From Spirochaetia bacterium (GTDB lineage Bacteria; Spirochaetota; Spirochaetia; CADAEX01), in assembly GCA_963662795.1 (NCBI GenBank), contig OY759746.1, forward strand, positions 1,984,001 through 2,048,000: a stretch of 64,000 nucleotides of DNA. The letters run 5' to 3'. Below the pieces are notes generated by a model, which was not told the origin of the DNA, ran no database searches, and was given only the letters and a program-made list of their open reading frames with translations. The position numbers were made by a program, and so were the translations under genes. Positions 1 through 10,877 of the stretch are shown here, piece by piece. How positions within the stretch are numbered: the first letter of the stretch is position 1; each line of letters begins with the position of its first letter.

Positions 1-37
1 TACAATAAAATATTTTTTAGATTTATAAAAAATCACA

Positions 38-143
38 ATATAACAATCAGTTGGAGCAGATTTGACTTTTATCACAGTTCTTGTAGAGTAAGAACACTCG
101 CCAACCTTTCAAGGTAAATAAACTGCTCAGCTGGGCGTTAAAA
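38..143 (+). repeat. Nested canonical attC site (inner cassette of partial unit C0)
   Basis: ATATAAC..CAGTTGGAGCAG...CTGCTCAGCTG..GTTAAAA inverted arms. Confidence 0.75.
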
Positions 144-167
144 AGACAAATTAAAAATGGGAACGAA

Positions 168-439
168 GTCCAGCCTTGGCTCCGCCGTGCGGCTTGGACA
201 AGAAGCGGCTGGTACTGGAGCATAACAGCGGTTAAAGCGCTGCGCTCGGATTACCTCGCTTGGCCTGCGGCAAACATCGTAGAGTTCAAAATACAACTGT
301 ATGTAACACCAGTTTTGAAAACAATAAATAAAAACTTTCTGTTATCTATTCTTAATCTACAATGCTTCGCTTAACCGCGGGACGTTATCCACAATGCCCC
401 CACAAGAGAAAATCGCCCGGACCTCCGGCCGACGGGCGA
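168..439 (+). repeat. Junction J0 (extended attC-like, core A)
   Basis: Hairpin-arm-TAAC(226)...GTT(384)-arm-hairpin. Confidence 0.9.
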
Positions 440-482
440 GGATAGTAAAAGTAGAATATTTTACAATAAAAGAGGTTTATTG

Positions 483-1820
483 ATGAAAATATCTGAGGTT
501 CTCAGTGAAACCAAATACATTATGTATTTTTTTGAATGCATTAAACTGACATATAAACCAAAAAAATTAATATCTTTTGCGGAAAAACAATCTACATCAA
601 ATATATTAAAAAATTCAATATTATTATTATTTATAGTTTCAGCATATTATTCATTAATTTTTATTATTTTTAATAATGATTATTCATTTGAGAAACAAAT
701 TAGGTTATCATTTAATTCATTGTTTTTATCATTAATATTTTTACCAAGTGTAATAGCTTCAATTTCGTTTAGAAAAAAAACTTTAAGATCAAGAGTAAAA
801 ACTGCATTTTATATATCAATAAATTTTATTGTCTTTTATTTATCAATACCCATTACTTTATATATAATATTTATTAAAACCGAAAAATATTTTTATTATT
901 ATTCATTTTGGATTGGATATTTTATAATTTGGATTTTTTGTATTGTAATTTTTCCAATACTAATAAATACCAGTTACAATAGAATATTTAGTACGTTACT
1001 TTCTATATTTCTTATAGTGATAATGAATATTACGATAAACCTGATTATTAGTAATGGTGATAATAATATTTTAGAAGAATTTGATCCGATAATTTATGAA
1101 AATAATAGTAAAAGAGTAATGGAAAATGCTCATATTGATTTTTTATCTGAAAATGGACAAATTATAGTGAGTAGTTTTAATAATTATCTTGATACTATGA
1201 AATATTATTATCTTGAAAATATAATGATAGAAGAAAAAACAATGGATTTGATAATTAGTAATTTACAAGATATAGAAAGTAAAATAACGTTTAAAACAAA
1301 TCAAGAAATAATAAAAACAAGTAAAGAAAAAGCCTTATTGCTAAAAAAAATTATTGTGCAAACAACTCGAATAAAAAAAATATCTGATGAATTACCTGAA
1401 GGATTAAAAAGAAGTATAGCTTTTAATGAAGAAGCAAATACGATACTTGTAAAAAATAAAGAACTTATTAAAGAAGAATTAAGAAAAATACAAGATATAG
1501 AAAATAGGATAAAAAATAATTCGAATGAAATAACAAATAAAGAAGCAATTAAAATAAAAGAAGAAATCAAACGAATGAGTATAAAATCAAAAGAATTAGA
1601 TGAAGAAATAGAAAAAATTACTGAACTACTAGAAAAATCACAGACTGAAATGGAAAACACAAAAGCCTATATTGATTATCTTCAAAAGGTTAATAGTGTT
1701 GGAAAAGAAGTAAATATAATAATAAATGATTATAATATTGTTACTCAGAATAGTATTAAAGCAGTTGAAAGAATAAATGCAATATATAAGATGAAAATAT
1801 TTTTTTGGATGTTTCCATAA
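483..1820 (+). CDS. Membrane protein, N-terminal multi-TM plus C-terminal coiled coil (C1; duplicate of C37)
   Basis: Hydrophobic N-half, E/K-rich heptads; GAGG RBS. Confidence 0.8.
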   Translation: MKISEVLSETKYIMYFFECIKLTYKPKKLISFAEKQSTSNILKNSILLLFIVSAYYSLIFIIFNNDYSFEKQIRLSFNSLFLSLIFLPSVIASISFRKKTLRSRVKTAFYISINFIVFYLSIPITLYIIFIKTEKYFYYYSFWIGYFIIWIFCIVIFPILINTSYNRIFSTLLSIFLIVIMNITINLIISNGDNNILEEFDPIIYENNSKRVMENAHIDFLSENGQIIVSSFNNYLDTMKYYYLENIMIEEKTMDLIISNLQDIESKITFKTNQEIIKTSKEKALLLKKIIVQTTRIKKISDELPEGLKRSIAFNEEANTILVKNKELIKEELRKIQDIENRIKNNSNEITNKEAIKIKEEIKRMSIKSKELDEEIEKITELLEKSQTEMENTKAYIDYLQKVNSVGKEVNIIINDYNIVTQNSIKAVERINAIYKMKIFFWMFP

Positions 1821-1888
1821 TACTTACTATGAAATATTGTATAAATAGGGCATGTAAAGGTAGAGTTATTGCTTGACATTTGAAAGAA

Positions 1889-2157
1889 GTCCGGCCTTGG
1901 CTCCGCCGTACGGCCTGGACAAGAAGTGGGGGCACTGGTGGATAACAGCGGTTAAAGCGCTGCGCTCGCAAGCTCGCTTGGGCTCCTGCCAGTTGTGCTG
2001 GCAGTTCGCCAAACATCGCAGCTTGAAATAAAAGTAAAAGAACTAAACAGCTTGTGGAATAATGTAATCATAAATTGCGATGCTTCGCTTAACCGCGGGA
2101 CGTTATCCACAATGCCCCCACAAGAGGAAATCGCCCGGACCTCCGGCCGACGGGCGA
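1889..2157 (+). repeat. Junction J1 (core A)
   Basis: TAAC(1946)...GTT(2102). Confidence 0.9.
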
Positions 2158-2233
2158 GGATGTAGTGCAATATGAAAAATGTACAGTATAATAATATATG
2201 TTAGGCGCAAATCATGTATCATGGAATACAATT

Positions 2234-3553
2234 TTAATGAAAAACAATACCATCTTTTTCTGACAGTTTGAGGAGAATCACAGTGATGATTAGCCCAATG
2301 ACTTCTGCAATTCCTACAGTAAACCAAATAATTGAATCTCCAAATAATACTGGTAATAGAGTGATTGAAATAGGGGTTAGAACTAGAGATCTAATACAAA
2401 CTGATATAACAGCATATTTTGTTCGTTTTGTGGAATAGAGATAAGTTGAAATCATCAAATTTAATGAAAGAACAATATAAGCCCAGCTAAATTTGGGTAG
2501 TGCTTCAATTGTAATTTGAAGAAGGAAGTTGTCAGAATTAAAAAGTGGGATAATTTTGCTTTTAAAAGTTACCAACAATAGAAAAACTATTGCTGCACTT
2601 AGAAAGTTGATCAACATACCAGAATGGAAATAAAATTTGAGATCTTTTTCATTTTTACGACCATAGCTTTGTCCGATTAATGGCTGCAACCCTTCAGATA
2701 TTCCAAAGAAGATACCTATTGAAAATGATGTCAAAAAGGAAATAATTGAAAAAGCTGAAACAGCATTATCACTAAGCGTTTTTATCAATATGTAATTCAT
2801 ACACAAAATTAACACTGGCATTCCAAATTGTGAGATCATTTCTGGCAACCCACGCATTAATACTTTTTTAAAGAGTAAAATTGATACAGAGAATCTTTTG
2901 ATTCTCAAATTTCCCCGATTTAGGGCAAAATGGCTTAACAGAATTACAAGAGTACCAATTTGTCCCACCCCTGATGCAATAGCCGCTCCTTTGACTCCCA
3001 TTTGCAAAGGAAATATGAATAGCCAATCTAGGGCAATATTCATTATGGTACCAATAATGACAGCAATGCTGACTAGTATCGGGGCGCCGTCATTCCGCAC
3101 GAATCCTTGAAGGATTATAGAAATAATTGCTGGAAGGAAGAAAGAGCTGACAAAGAAAATGTATTCGGATGTCATATCATGGAAAGTTTCGTTAGCGGCA
3201 CTTAACGTTGCGATTTGATTGGAAAAGACCATACCCAGAATCATGATGATAACTGATATCATAAATGATGCTGAAGTAGCGTGCATGAAAGCACTATTTG
3301 CCCCTTCAACATCGTTACGCCCAAGTCGTATTGCTGTAATGGTGATGCCGCCGATAGTCAACAGTATAGCAATGGCATTTGCCATAAGAGTGTACGGTAG
3401 TGCTAGGTTGACTGCACCTAAAGCAACGGCTCCAACACCGCGTCCAACAAAGATGCCGTCAACAATGATATAAAGGAAAACAGAGCATGAACCAGCGACT
3501 GTAGGGATAATGTAACGGAACATGTTTCGAGTTCTAACGTTAATTTTCTTCAT
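2234..3553 (-). CDS. MATE family efflux transporter
   Basis: ~12 TM; 'VDGIFVGRGVG..ALGAVNL', 'NIALDWLFIFPLQMGVKGAAIAS', 'QPLIGQSYG' motifs. Confidence 0.92.
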   Translation of the reverse strand: MKKINVRTRNMFRYIIPTVAGSCSVFLYIIVDGIFVGRGVGAVALGAVNLALPYTLMANAIAILLTIGGITITAIRLGRNDVEGANSAFMHATSASFMISVIIMILGMVFSNQIATLSAANETFHDMTSEYIFFVSSFFLPAIISIILQGFVRNDGAPILVSIAVIIGTIMNIALDWLFIFPLQMGVKGAAIASGVGQIGTLVILLSHFALNRGNLRIKRFSVSILLFKKVLMRGLPEMISQFGMPVLILCMNYILIKTLSDNAVSAFSIISFLTSFSIGIFFGISEGLQPLIGQSYGRKNEKDLKFYFHSGMLINFLSAAIVFLLLVTFKSKIIPLFNSDNFLLQITIEALPKFSWAYIVLSLNLMISTYLYSTKRTKYAVISVCIRSLVLTPISITLLPVLFGDSIIWFTVGIAEVIGLIITVILLKLSEKDGIVFH

Positions 3554-3555
3554 TT

Positions 3556-4011
3556 TTATTCTGCCTTACAAAGGATGGTTCTTGATTTTTCACGAAATAT
3601 TTTCAAAAAATTCCGAAGAGATTGCAGCATTGCAATTCGATCTGCATCGCTCATTTCCATTAAAGTAGATTCTTCCAGTTGAAATATGATATCAAATATT
3701 TTACTGGCAAAGATGCGACCGGATTCGGTCAATACGATTCTTTTACTCCGGTGGTCGCTTGTAGATATCTCCAAAAAAATAAGTCTTTTCTTTATGAGTT
3801 CTTGCAGTGCGCTATTTACAGTTTGCTTGCTCATGGACCATTGGTCACATATATTTTTCTGACTGCAATAATCATCAGATTCATAGAGTGCATATAACAC
3901 CCAATAACTACTGTCCGAGAGATTGCTTTGGCTTGCTAACTTTCTGTATATTGCGTCAGTCTCTTTCCAGAGAGAATTAAATTCATAAAGCTGGTCATGT
4001 AGTGTAGCCAT
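3556..4011 (-). CDS. MarR family transcriptional regulator
   Basis: 'SQKNICDQWSMSKQTVNS..L', 'DHRSKRIVLTESG' wHTH motifs; upstream of MATE. Confidence 0.92.
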   Translation of the reverse strand: MATLHDQLYEFNSLWKETDAIYRKLASQSNLSDSSYWVLYALYESDDYCSQKNICDQWSMSKQTVNSALQELIKKRLIFLEISTSDHRSKRIVLTESGRIFASKIFDIIFQLEESTLMEMSDADRIAMLQSLRNFLKIFREKSRTILCKAE

Positions 4012-4030
4012 ATATCCTCTTTTCCAATAA

Positions 4031-4076
4031 TAGTCCGAAATAAGACCAATATAAAGACTTTTATTTAACTAGTCAA
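4031..4076 (-). promoter_or_regulatory. Sigma70-like promoter and putative MarR operator
   Basis: TTGACT(4076-4071)-17-TATATT(4053-4048); imperfect palindrome TAGTCCGAAATAAGACCAA. Confidence 0.6.
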
Positions 4077-4106
4077 TAGGCAAATAAAAGAGAATAAAGA
4101 AAGTAA

Positions 4107-4379
4107 GTCCGGCCTTGGCTTCCCGCCGTGCGGCCTGGACAAGAAGTGGGGCACTGGTGGATAACAGAGGATAAGGCGCTTCGCTCGGAATACCTCGCTT
4201 GGCCTGCGGCAAACATCGTAGATTTTGAACTACAATTGCTATAATTAACAATTTTTTGAAGAAAAATATTGCAACTTTGGAATATTCATTCTTGGGCTAC
4301 GATGCGTCGCTTATCCTCGGGACGTTATCCACAATGCCCCCACAAGAGAAAATCGCCCGGACCTCCGGCCGACGGGCGA
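4107..4379 (+). repeat. Junction J2 (core B)
   Basis: TAAC(4166)...GTT(4324). Confidence 0.9.
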
Positions 4380-4463
4380 GAGAAAAAAATATAAGCTATT
4401 ATGTTAACTAATATATATTTATATAGTATAATAGTTTCTGAAGTAGTAAAGTGAGTGGGAATT

Positions 4464-4946
4464 ATGATAAGAGAAGCTGAATTAAAAGATGTAAATGCAA
4501 TAGCACAGATAATAGTCACATCTTGGAAAACTGCTTATTCAGGAATAATTAATCCTGAATATTTGAATAGCCTTAAGCAAGATAAATATATAAAAATATT
4601 TACTGATAATATTTTAAATAAAAAAGAAAAAATACTTGTTAATGATGACAATGGAGTAAATGGATTTGTATCAGGAATAATACATGAAAATAGTAAATAT
4701 GACTGTGAGATAATAGGATTGTATATTAATCCAGAATATCAGAGAAAAGGTATAGGAAAAAAACTTGTTGAGGAAATTATAAAATATTTTAAGAGTAAAA
4801 ATAAAAAGAATTTAATAATTTGGACATTAAACAATGCTAAGAATAATGGTTTTTATGAAAGGATAGGATGTAGTAAAAAAGAATATAAGAATATGGAGAT
4901 TGGAGAAAAAGAATATAAAGGAGTTGGATTCAATATCCTTTTATGA
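4464..4946 (+). CDS. GNAT family N-acetyltransferase
   Basis: 'LYINPEYQRKGIGKKL' acetyl-CoA motif, 'FYERIG'. Confidence 0.9.
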   Translation: MIREAELKDVNAIAQIIVTSWKTAYSGIINPEYLNSLKQDKYIKIFTDNILNKKEKILVNDDNGVNGFVSGIIHENSKYDCEIIGLYINPEYQRKGIGKKLVEEIIKYFKSKNKKNLIIWTLNNAKNNGFYERIGCSKKEYKNMEIGEKEYKGVGFNILL

Positions 4947-4982
4947 ATAATAAAAGATCTTGTTAAATTGGTGAAAAAGAAA

Positions 4983-5256
4983 GTCCGGCCTTGGCTTCCA
5001 GCCGTGCGGCCTGGACAAGAAGTGGGGGCACTGGTGGATAACAGAGGATAAAGCGCTTCGCTCGGAGTACCTCGCTTGGCCTACGGCACACATCGCAGGT
5101 TTTGAAGTATAACTTCTATAAACAACTAGTTTTAAAAAATAAATACTGCAATTTTAAAAATATTATACATTGACTACGATGCGTCGCTTATCCTCAGGAC
5201 GTTATAAGCAATGTTCCCGCAAGAGAAAATCGCCCGGACCTCCGGCCGACGGGCGA
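4983..5256 (+). repeat. Junction J3 (core B)
   Basis: TAAC(5042)...GTT(5201). Confidence 0.9.
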
Positions 5257-5336
5257 AGAAAACATGATCCACAATATAATTATAATATTCGCTATAGATA
5301 AAATATATAGTTTTCTTGTTGTTTAATATGTTATCT
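5256..5336 (+). other. Conserved leader with attI-like site (C4)
   Basis: ...AAAATATATAGTTTTCTTGTTGTTTAATAT-G|TTATCT; shared with C8, C14, C16, C25, C28, C34, C38. Confidence 0.65.
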
Positions 5337-5414
5337 TCCCTTCGAGGAAAATCCAAAATTACTATATAGAGAGTAAAAAAAATTAAAAACAAAATAAATA
5401 AAGGATTTAAAGTT

Positions 5415-6233
5415 ATGAATAGTATTATTCCATCTGATAATTCATTAAAAGGATATATTTCAAATATATTTGATAAAAAAGCAAATAACTATTCAGAAAA
5501 TATTACCTTAAGAGCTCTGGTTCAGCTTATACCAAATATTGGTGGAGCTTTAGATACTATTTTATATGAAAAAGGATCCAAATGGAGACAAGAGAGAATT
5601 GAATATTTTATAAAATATTTTGAAGAAAAAATAAATGAATTGATAAAAGAAAATAATTTATTAAGTGAAAAAATAAATAAAGTAATTAATAGTGAAGATT
5701 TTTATGATTTATTTTTAAAAGCTTTAAAAGATTCAACATCAACTAAATATAAAGAAAAAATTAATTATTATGCTAATATATTAATAAATTATGTAAATAA
5801 AATACAAACACCAGAAGATTCTGAAATTATGATTGAAATACTATCTCAACAATTAAACTCAGAAATATATATTTTAACAAAGATATATTCCAATAATTCT
5901 AAAATTACTTTGTATAATTATAATAATGCATTTATTTTTTGGAATGAATTAAAACAATATTTGGAGAAAAATATTATTAAACTAAAATCTAATGACGATA
6001 TTCCCAAAGAATATATTTTTAATGATAATAATCTGTATTTGTTAAATAAATTAGAATCAAATTTTCTTTTAACCCGACAAGAATATGTAAATGGAGAATT
6101 ATTATCTTATACTCATAAAAAAACAAGTCAAACAACTACTTATCAAGTTAATATGACCAAAAAAGAATATAAATTAACTGATTTTGGAAAAAAGTATTTA
6201 GAATGGATACTAATCAATCAGAAAAGAGAATAA
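5415..6233 (+). CDS. Hypothetical protein (weakly Abi-alpha/DUF4393-like)
   Basis: 'LIPNIGGALD...ERIE...KEKINYYANIL...LTDFG' pattern. Confidence 0.55.
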   Translation: MNSIIPSDNSLKGYISNIFDKKANNYSENITLRALVQLIPNIGGALDTILYEKGSKWRQERIEYFIKYFEEKINELIKENNLLSEKINKVINSEDFYDLFLKALKDSTSTKYKEKINYYANILINYVNKIQTPEDSEIMIEILSQQLNSEIYILTKIYSNNSKITLYNYNNAFIFWNELKQYLEKNIIKLKSNDDIPKEYIFNDNNLYLLNKLESNFLLTRQEYVNGELLSYTHKKTSQTTTYQVNMTKKEYKLTDFGKKYLEWILINQKRE

Positions 6234-6244
6234 AAAAATTTAAA

Positions 6245-6351
6245 ACATAATAAAAAGATGGAGCAGATTTGACTTTTGGCACGTGTTCTTGCATAGCAAG
6301 AACACGTGCCAATCCTTCAGAACAGTCAAACAGCTTAACTTGGCGCTATGT
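6245..6351 (+). repeat. Nested degenerate attC (first inner cassette of C4)
   Basis: ACATAAT...GGCACGTGTTCTTGC/GCAAGAACACGTGCC stem...GCTATGT; AAC and GTT both mutated. Confidence 0.65.
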
Positions 6352-6411
6352 CGACGACTTTAGCGCGGTAAATATATGTTATAATTGCATTACAAACTGA
6401 GGAGGAGTAAT

Positions 6412-7248
6412 ATGAATAAATTCTGGTTTTTTTCTTATTTTGTTATCATTTTTTCTTTGTCATCCTGTGGAGTTCCGAAGGTTGATTATAACAAGCTTCA
6501 ACATGAGAATGAAGAATTGAAATTAGAAATAGAGACTTTACGAAATGATCTGGATGAGTATATTAACGGAGCTGAACGTACTTTTATTTTAATCAAAAAG
6601 GCATTTGGAGAAAGTAATTTTGCAGAGGCAAAAGAAAAACTCTCTCTACTTGAGAAATATCATCCCGAAGAAATGGAGGGAATAGAAATAAAAAAAATAA
6701 TTCGTCAAATTGAAACAAAAGAGAAGGAAGAAAGACTCCGCAAGGAGGAAGAAGAAAAGGAAAGAATTCGTTTAGAAAATTTAAAAAACACAGGCATTTG
6801 GAAGGTTACTTATTATGTTGATAACTTTGGAGAACCTACGAAAGATGGATATATTCGAAACACAAATTTAATTAATGGTACATTTAGCAATACGGCGACA
6901 CAGAATTCGCCACTCAATGTTCAATTCTTAATTAACAACAGTTCTAATATAGACATTATGCTGTTTGAATATGCAGGAAATAATCCAGTAAAAGCATATT
7001 CTAAAGAAACATATACAGTACAAGTTCAGGATAAAGATGGTAATCGCAATTCTTTATCTGCAACAAATTATTCTGATAGATTATCTTTTGGTGAGAGTGC
7101 ATCACGAATTATCCATAAGGCATTAATGAAGGGTGGATCACTTAAATTTAGAATAGTTGAAGATGAAACGACAACGACACAATATCAATTTGATATTATC
7201 AATGCAGATTGGTACGAAAATGCCTATAGGCTACTGACAGGTCAATGA
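6412..7248 (+). CDS. Putative lipoprotein with coiled coil
   Basis: Signal peptide with lipobox-like LSSC; GGAGG RBS. Confidence 0.7.
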   Translation: MNKFWFFSYFVIIFSLSSCGVPKVDYNKLQHENEELKLEIETLRNDLDEYINGAERTFILIKKAFGESNFAEAKEKLSLLEKYHPEEMEGIEIKKIIRQIETKEKEERLRKEEEEKERIRLENLKNTGIWKVTYYVDNFGEPTKDGYIRNTNLINGTFSNTATQNSPLNVQFLINNSSNIDIMLFEYAGNNPVKAYSKETYTVQVQDKDGNRNSLSATNYSDRLSFGESASRIIHKALMKGGSLKFRIVEDETTTTQYQFDIINADWYENAYRLLTGQ

Positions 7249-7277
7249 AACGGAATATTTTGGTATTGAAGAAGGAG

Positions 7278-7403
7278 ATATAACAAAGAATTCAATCTGA
7301 CATTTCCTTTGTCACGGTTTGTGCGACTAGCATCGCTCATTTTCATGCACAAACCGTGACAAGTCCTCCGGACGCGGAAACGTAGGTTAACTCAATGTTA
7401 AAA
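7278..7403 (+). repeat. Nested canonical attC (second inner cassette of C4)
   Basis: ATATAAC..ATTCAATCTGAC..TTGTCACGGTTTGTGC/GCACAAACCGTGACAA..GTAGGTTAACTCAAT-GTTAAAA. Confidence 0.8.
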
Positions 7404-7445
7404 TTATAAGTTATAAAAATCAAAAATAATTTTAAATAAAATGAA

Positions 7446-7737
7446 GTCCGGCCTTGGCTCCGCCGTACGGCCTGGACAAGAAGCGGGAACACTGCTTATA
7501 ACAGCGATTATTTCGCTGCGCTCCCTGTGGTCGCTTGGGCTCCTGCCAGTTGAACTGGCAGATCGCCATATTTTGTTTTCTTAAAACCGGAACAACTTAT
7601 GTTTTTTGCTTTTTAAAGTTTGAAAAATACAAATAAAAGTATTTTAGAGTTTAGTCACAAAACATCGAATAATCGCGGGACGTTATAAGCAATGTTCCCG
7701 CAAGAGAGAATCGCCCGGACCTCCGGCCAACGGGCGA
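7446..7737 (+). repeat. Junction J4 (core C)
   Basis: TAAC(7502)...GTT(7682). Confidence 0.9.
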
Positions 7738-7803
7738 GGATATACAGCAAACTAAAACTTACTAAAAACAAATATAAAAGCAAAAAAGTATTATAGGTAA
7801 AAA

Positions 7804-8223
7804 ATGAAAAAAGAAAATATATCAAGCATGATAGAAAAGCTACCATTTTATCTTAAGGAACGTATTGACGGTTATGTTAAGTCTGTTGACATCGTTTTAA
7901 TTGATATATTTAAATCGGCTGGTGTAAAATACAGTGATGAAATTGCCCAAGATGTGATTTTTATAGCTTTTCTTAAAAAATTCTATGCAATAGTAAACTC
8001 TGCATATTGGACTTTAGATAATACTGGAGAAATATTAGAGAACAATGGGATAAGTAGTGTATGGATAGGTTCAACAAATTATTCAAGATATAGTGAATAT
8101 TATGGCAATCTTTTTAGAATGCAGGATAAATTTAAGACAATACTCGAGGATGGTAATGTATTCGAAATGGTATTTAATATGAATTATAAAGAAATAATAA
8201 AGCATCTTTCCAATGAATATTGA
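7804..8223 (+). CDS. Hypothetical protein
   Basis: 139 aa ORF overlapping the next gene. Confidence 0.65.
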   Translation: MKKENISSMIEKLPFYLKERIDGYVKSVDIVLIDIFKSAGVKYSDEIAQDVIFIAFLKKFYAIVNSAYWTLDNTGEILENNGISSVWIGSTNYSRYSEYYGNLFRMQDKFKTILEDGNVFEMVFNMNYKEIIKHLSNEY

Positions 8224-8917
8224 AGAAATAAGTTTACATATCTCTAATTTTATAGATGAATTCAAACAAGAACTATACATGCTTGCACAGAATGAATCAA
8301 AAGCATTAGAACTTGCTGGAACTATTGCTGTTGGAGAGCATTATAAATCGTTAGGATATACATTAGAAATTAAGAACCCCGAAAAAAGAAAGAATGCATT
8401 CGTCGTTAAAACATCGACTAGGGGGTATCCTTGGAATTTTTCTAAGATTTGCATTTCAAAAAATAGTAATTCATATGAAATACATACTAATTTATCGGTA
8501 AAAAGTTTTCATGATGTTGGAATATACTGTGTTGATATTGGTATTATTTGCGCTGATTCAATAATTAAGGATGAAAGCAAATGGAAATGTGTCGATAATG
8601 AAAAGCTTATTTCATTTGGGGAAGTGAAGAAGTTAGTTGTCTATCCAATGCTACTTGCTCAATTTATCGGTATTGTTCATGAGATTAAACCGTATTTTTT
8701 GATAGATGAAAGAATTCAAGATGACATATTGCCCCCAACCTTGATTAGTCTTGGTAATTTTAGCGGTAATTCACAATCAATTGTTGATAATTATAAGAAA
8801 AGAAATATAAATGTATATATAGCGCATAACTTTGATGTAAGGCTAGCTAATTACCGAGCAAGACGAATAACTACACCTTTTTATTCAATAGATCTTGAAT
8901 CGAGCATAGAATTTTAA
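8213..8917 (+). CDS. Hypothetical protein, possible PD-(D/E)XK nuclease fold
   Basis: 'VDIGII...FGEVKK' resembles the D...ExK motif. Confidence 0.55.
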   Translation: MNIEEISLHISNFIDEFKQELYMLAQNESKALELAGTIAVGEHYKSLGYTLEIKNPEKRKNAFVVKTSTRGYPWNFSKICISKNSNSYEIHTNLSVKSFHDVGIYCVDIGIICADSIIKDESKWKCVDNEKLISFGEVKKLVVYPMLLAQFIGIVHEIKPYFLIDERIQDDILPPTLISLGNFSGNSQSIVDNYKKRNINVYIAHNFDVRLANYRARRITTPFYSIDLESSIEF

Positions 8918-9023
8918 GAAATTGAAGATTGATGCGAATCTAAGAAGTATAATCTGTTTTTAAAAAAATAGAAGTTTTTATTGATATTGTATACTGGTGG
9001 TTTATTACCTGTCAGTTCAGGAA

Positions 9024-9276
9024 GTCCAGCCTTGGCTCCGCCGTGCGGCTTGGACAAGAAGCGGGAACACTGCTTATAACAGCGAATGACCGGTTTCGGC
9101 TGTTTCTAAGGAAGCAGCCTCCACCCAAATTGCCAAAATAATGCATGTTAAGAATAATGGAATAGAGTATAAACTTTCAGAGTGAAAAACACTATTGGCA
9201 ACTTCGGTCATTCGCGGGATGTTATAAGCAATGTTCCCGCAAGAGAAAATCGCCCGGACCTCCGGCCGACGGGCGA
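9024..9276 (+). repeat. Junction J5 (core D)
   Basis: TAAC(9080)...GTT(9221). Confidence 0.9.
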
Positions 9277-9386
9277 GAAATATGATTAGTAAAAATAAAC
9301 CTAATACCGAAATATGTTATATTCAATATTAGTAAAAAAGAATAATAATTATGTAATTAAATAAAAAATAAAGGTACACATTATAA

Positions 9387-10877
9387 ATGTTTACTATTGG
9401 TAAGGTAATATCAGTATCGGAGCTCGATAATAATAAATTTATTATTAAAAAAATAATCGAGGGAGGTATGGGTAAGGTCCTTTTATGTAAATCATTGAAT
9501 CCAATTATGCCAGATCTTGCTATCAAGTTAATAAAATCTGACATTAATCAAGAAACGATTATTCGTGAAAGTAAAATATGGACTAGTCTAGGAGTTCACC
9601 CTTATATTGCTGAAATAATATCAACAGGAAATTATGAAGGAAAATTCTTTCTAGCTACAATTGAATATCAGGGAACTCTAGATACTCTCATTGAGAAAAA
9701 ATATGATGACAAAGAATTATTTAATATCTTAATCAATATCTGTAATGCTTTAAAATATGCAAATGAAAAAATTGGACTATTACATCGAGACATTAAACCA
9801 TCTAATATATATTTAGATAAAGATAAGAATCCTAAAATAGCAGATTTTGGTTTATCTCAATATATTGAAGACAAAATTGAAATTGAAAATAAGAATAAAA
9901 TAAAACTATTAAAGAAATTAGATGAAACTTCAGTTGGTTGTACTTTACCATTTACTGCCCCAGAAGTTCTATTTCAGGGGAAATACTCAATGCAGTCTGA
10001 TATTTTTTCATTGGGAATAACTTTTTTTTACATTATTACTAATAGACAATTTCCATATATAAATGGAATAAATATTGATTTTCAATATACTGCTTCAATA
10101 CAGATTTTCATTAAAACATTTGCAAAAAAATATCCTTTGGTCGTTGGTTTTGTATTAAAAAGTATAAAAATGGATACTCAAGATAGATGGAAATCATATG
10201 ATGAGATATTTGATTATTATGGAATTAAAAAAAATAAGAATTATAAATATAATATTGAAGAGTATATTGTTAAAATACAATTACAAAGAAAACTCAAAAA
10301 ATATGATTTAGCAAGATATTATATTGAAGAAGGAATATCTATTTTTGGTAATCACCCATTACTTGTTAATCAATTAGGAATCAGTTATCTTTCGATTAAC
10401 AAAATGAAAAAAGCTATAGAAGTTTTTAGTGAATATCTGAAAAACAAAAATACATATCAAATCGCAGATATTGAAATACTATTTAATTTATTTAATATTT
10501 ACTTAAGAGATAGAAATCCGTTAATTTTTGAACTTTTTCAGATAATAGAAAAACTATTATTAAATTATAGTGAAATATTATTTACTTATTATGAAACAGG
10601 AATATATTATTTATTAAAGGGGAATGATTGCATATCCAAATCAATATTAGAATATTATAACAGTAATAAAAATCCAAATGAATATTCCTTATATGCACAT
10701 ATTTATGTATTGATAAAGAATGGTATAAAACGAGAAGAATTAGAAGAAATAAGACGATTTTCAACTAATCACGAAGTAACAAAAGTAATAGATATGTTAA
10801 TAAATAAACAAAATATACAACAAATATATTTTGAATTACAGCAGATGTTTGATTTTGGAGGTAAAAATGCTTTTTAA
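9387..10877 (+). CDS. Ser/Thr protein kinase with TPR-like C-terminus
   Basis: EGGMGKV, LAIK, HRDIKPSN, DFG, APE, SDIFSLG motifs. Confidence 0.92.
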   Translation: MFTIGKVISVSELDNNKFIIKKIIEGGMGKVLLCKSLNPIMPDLAIKLIKSDINQETIIRESKIWTSLGVHPYIAEIISTGNYEGKFFLATIEYQGTLDTLIEKKYDDKELFNILINICNALKYANEKIGLLHRDIKPSNIYLDKDKNPKIADFGLSQYIEDKIEIENKNKIKLLKKLDETSVGCTLPFTAPEVLFQGKYSMQSDIFSLGITFFYIITNRQFPYINGINIDFQYTASIQIFIKTFAKKYPLVVGFVLKSIKMDTQDRWKSYDEIFDYYGIKKNKNYKYNIEEYIVKIQLQRKLKKYDLARYYIEEGISIFGNHPLLVNQLGISYLSINKMKKAIEVFSEYLKNKNTYQIADIEILFNLFNIYLRDRNPLIFELFQIIEKLLLNYSEILFTYYETGIYYLLKGNDCISKSILEYYNSNKNPNEYSLYAHIYVLIKNGIKREELEEIRRFSTNHEVTKVIDMLINKQNIQQIYFELQQMFDFGGKNAF

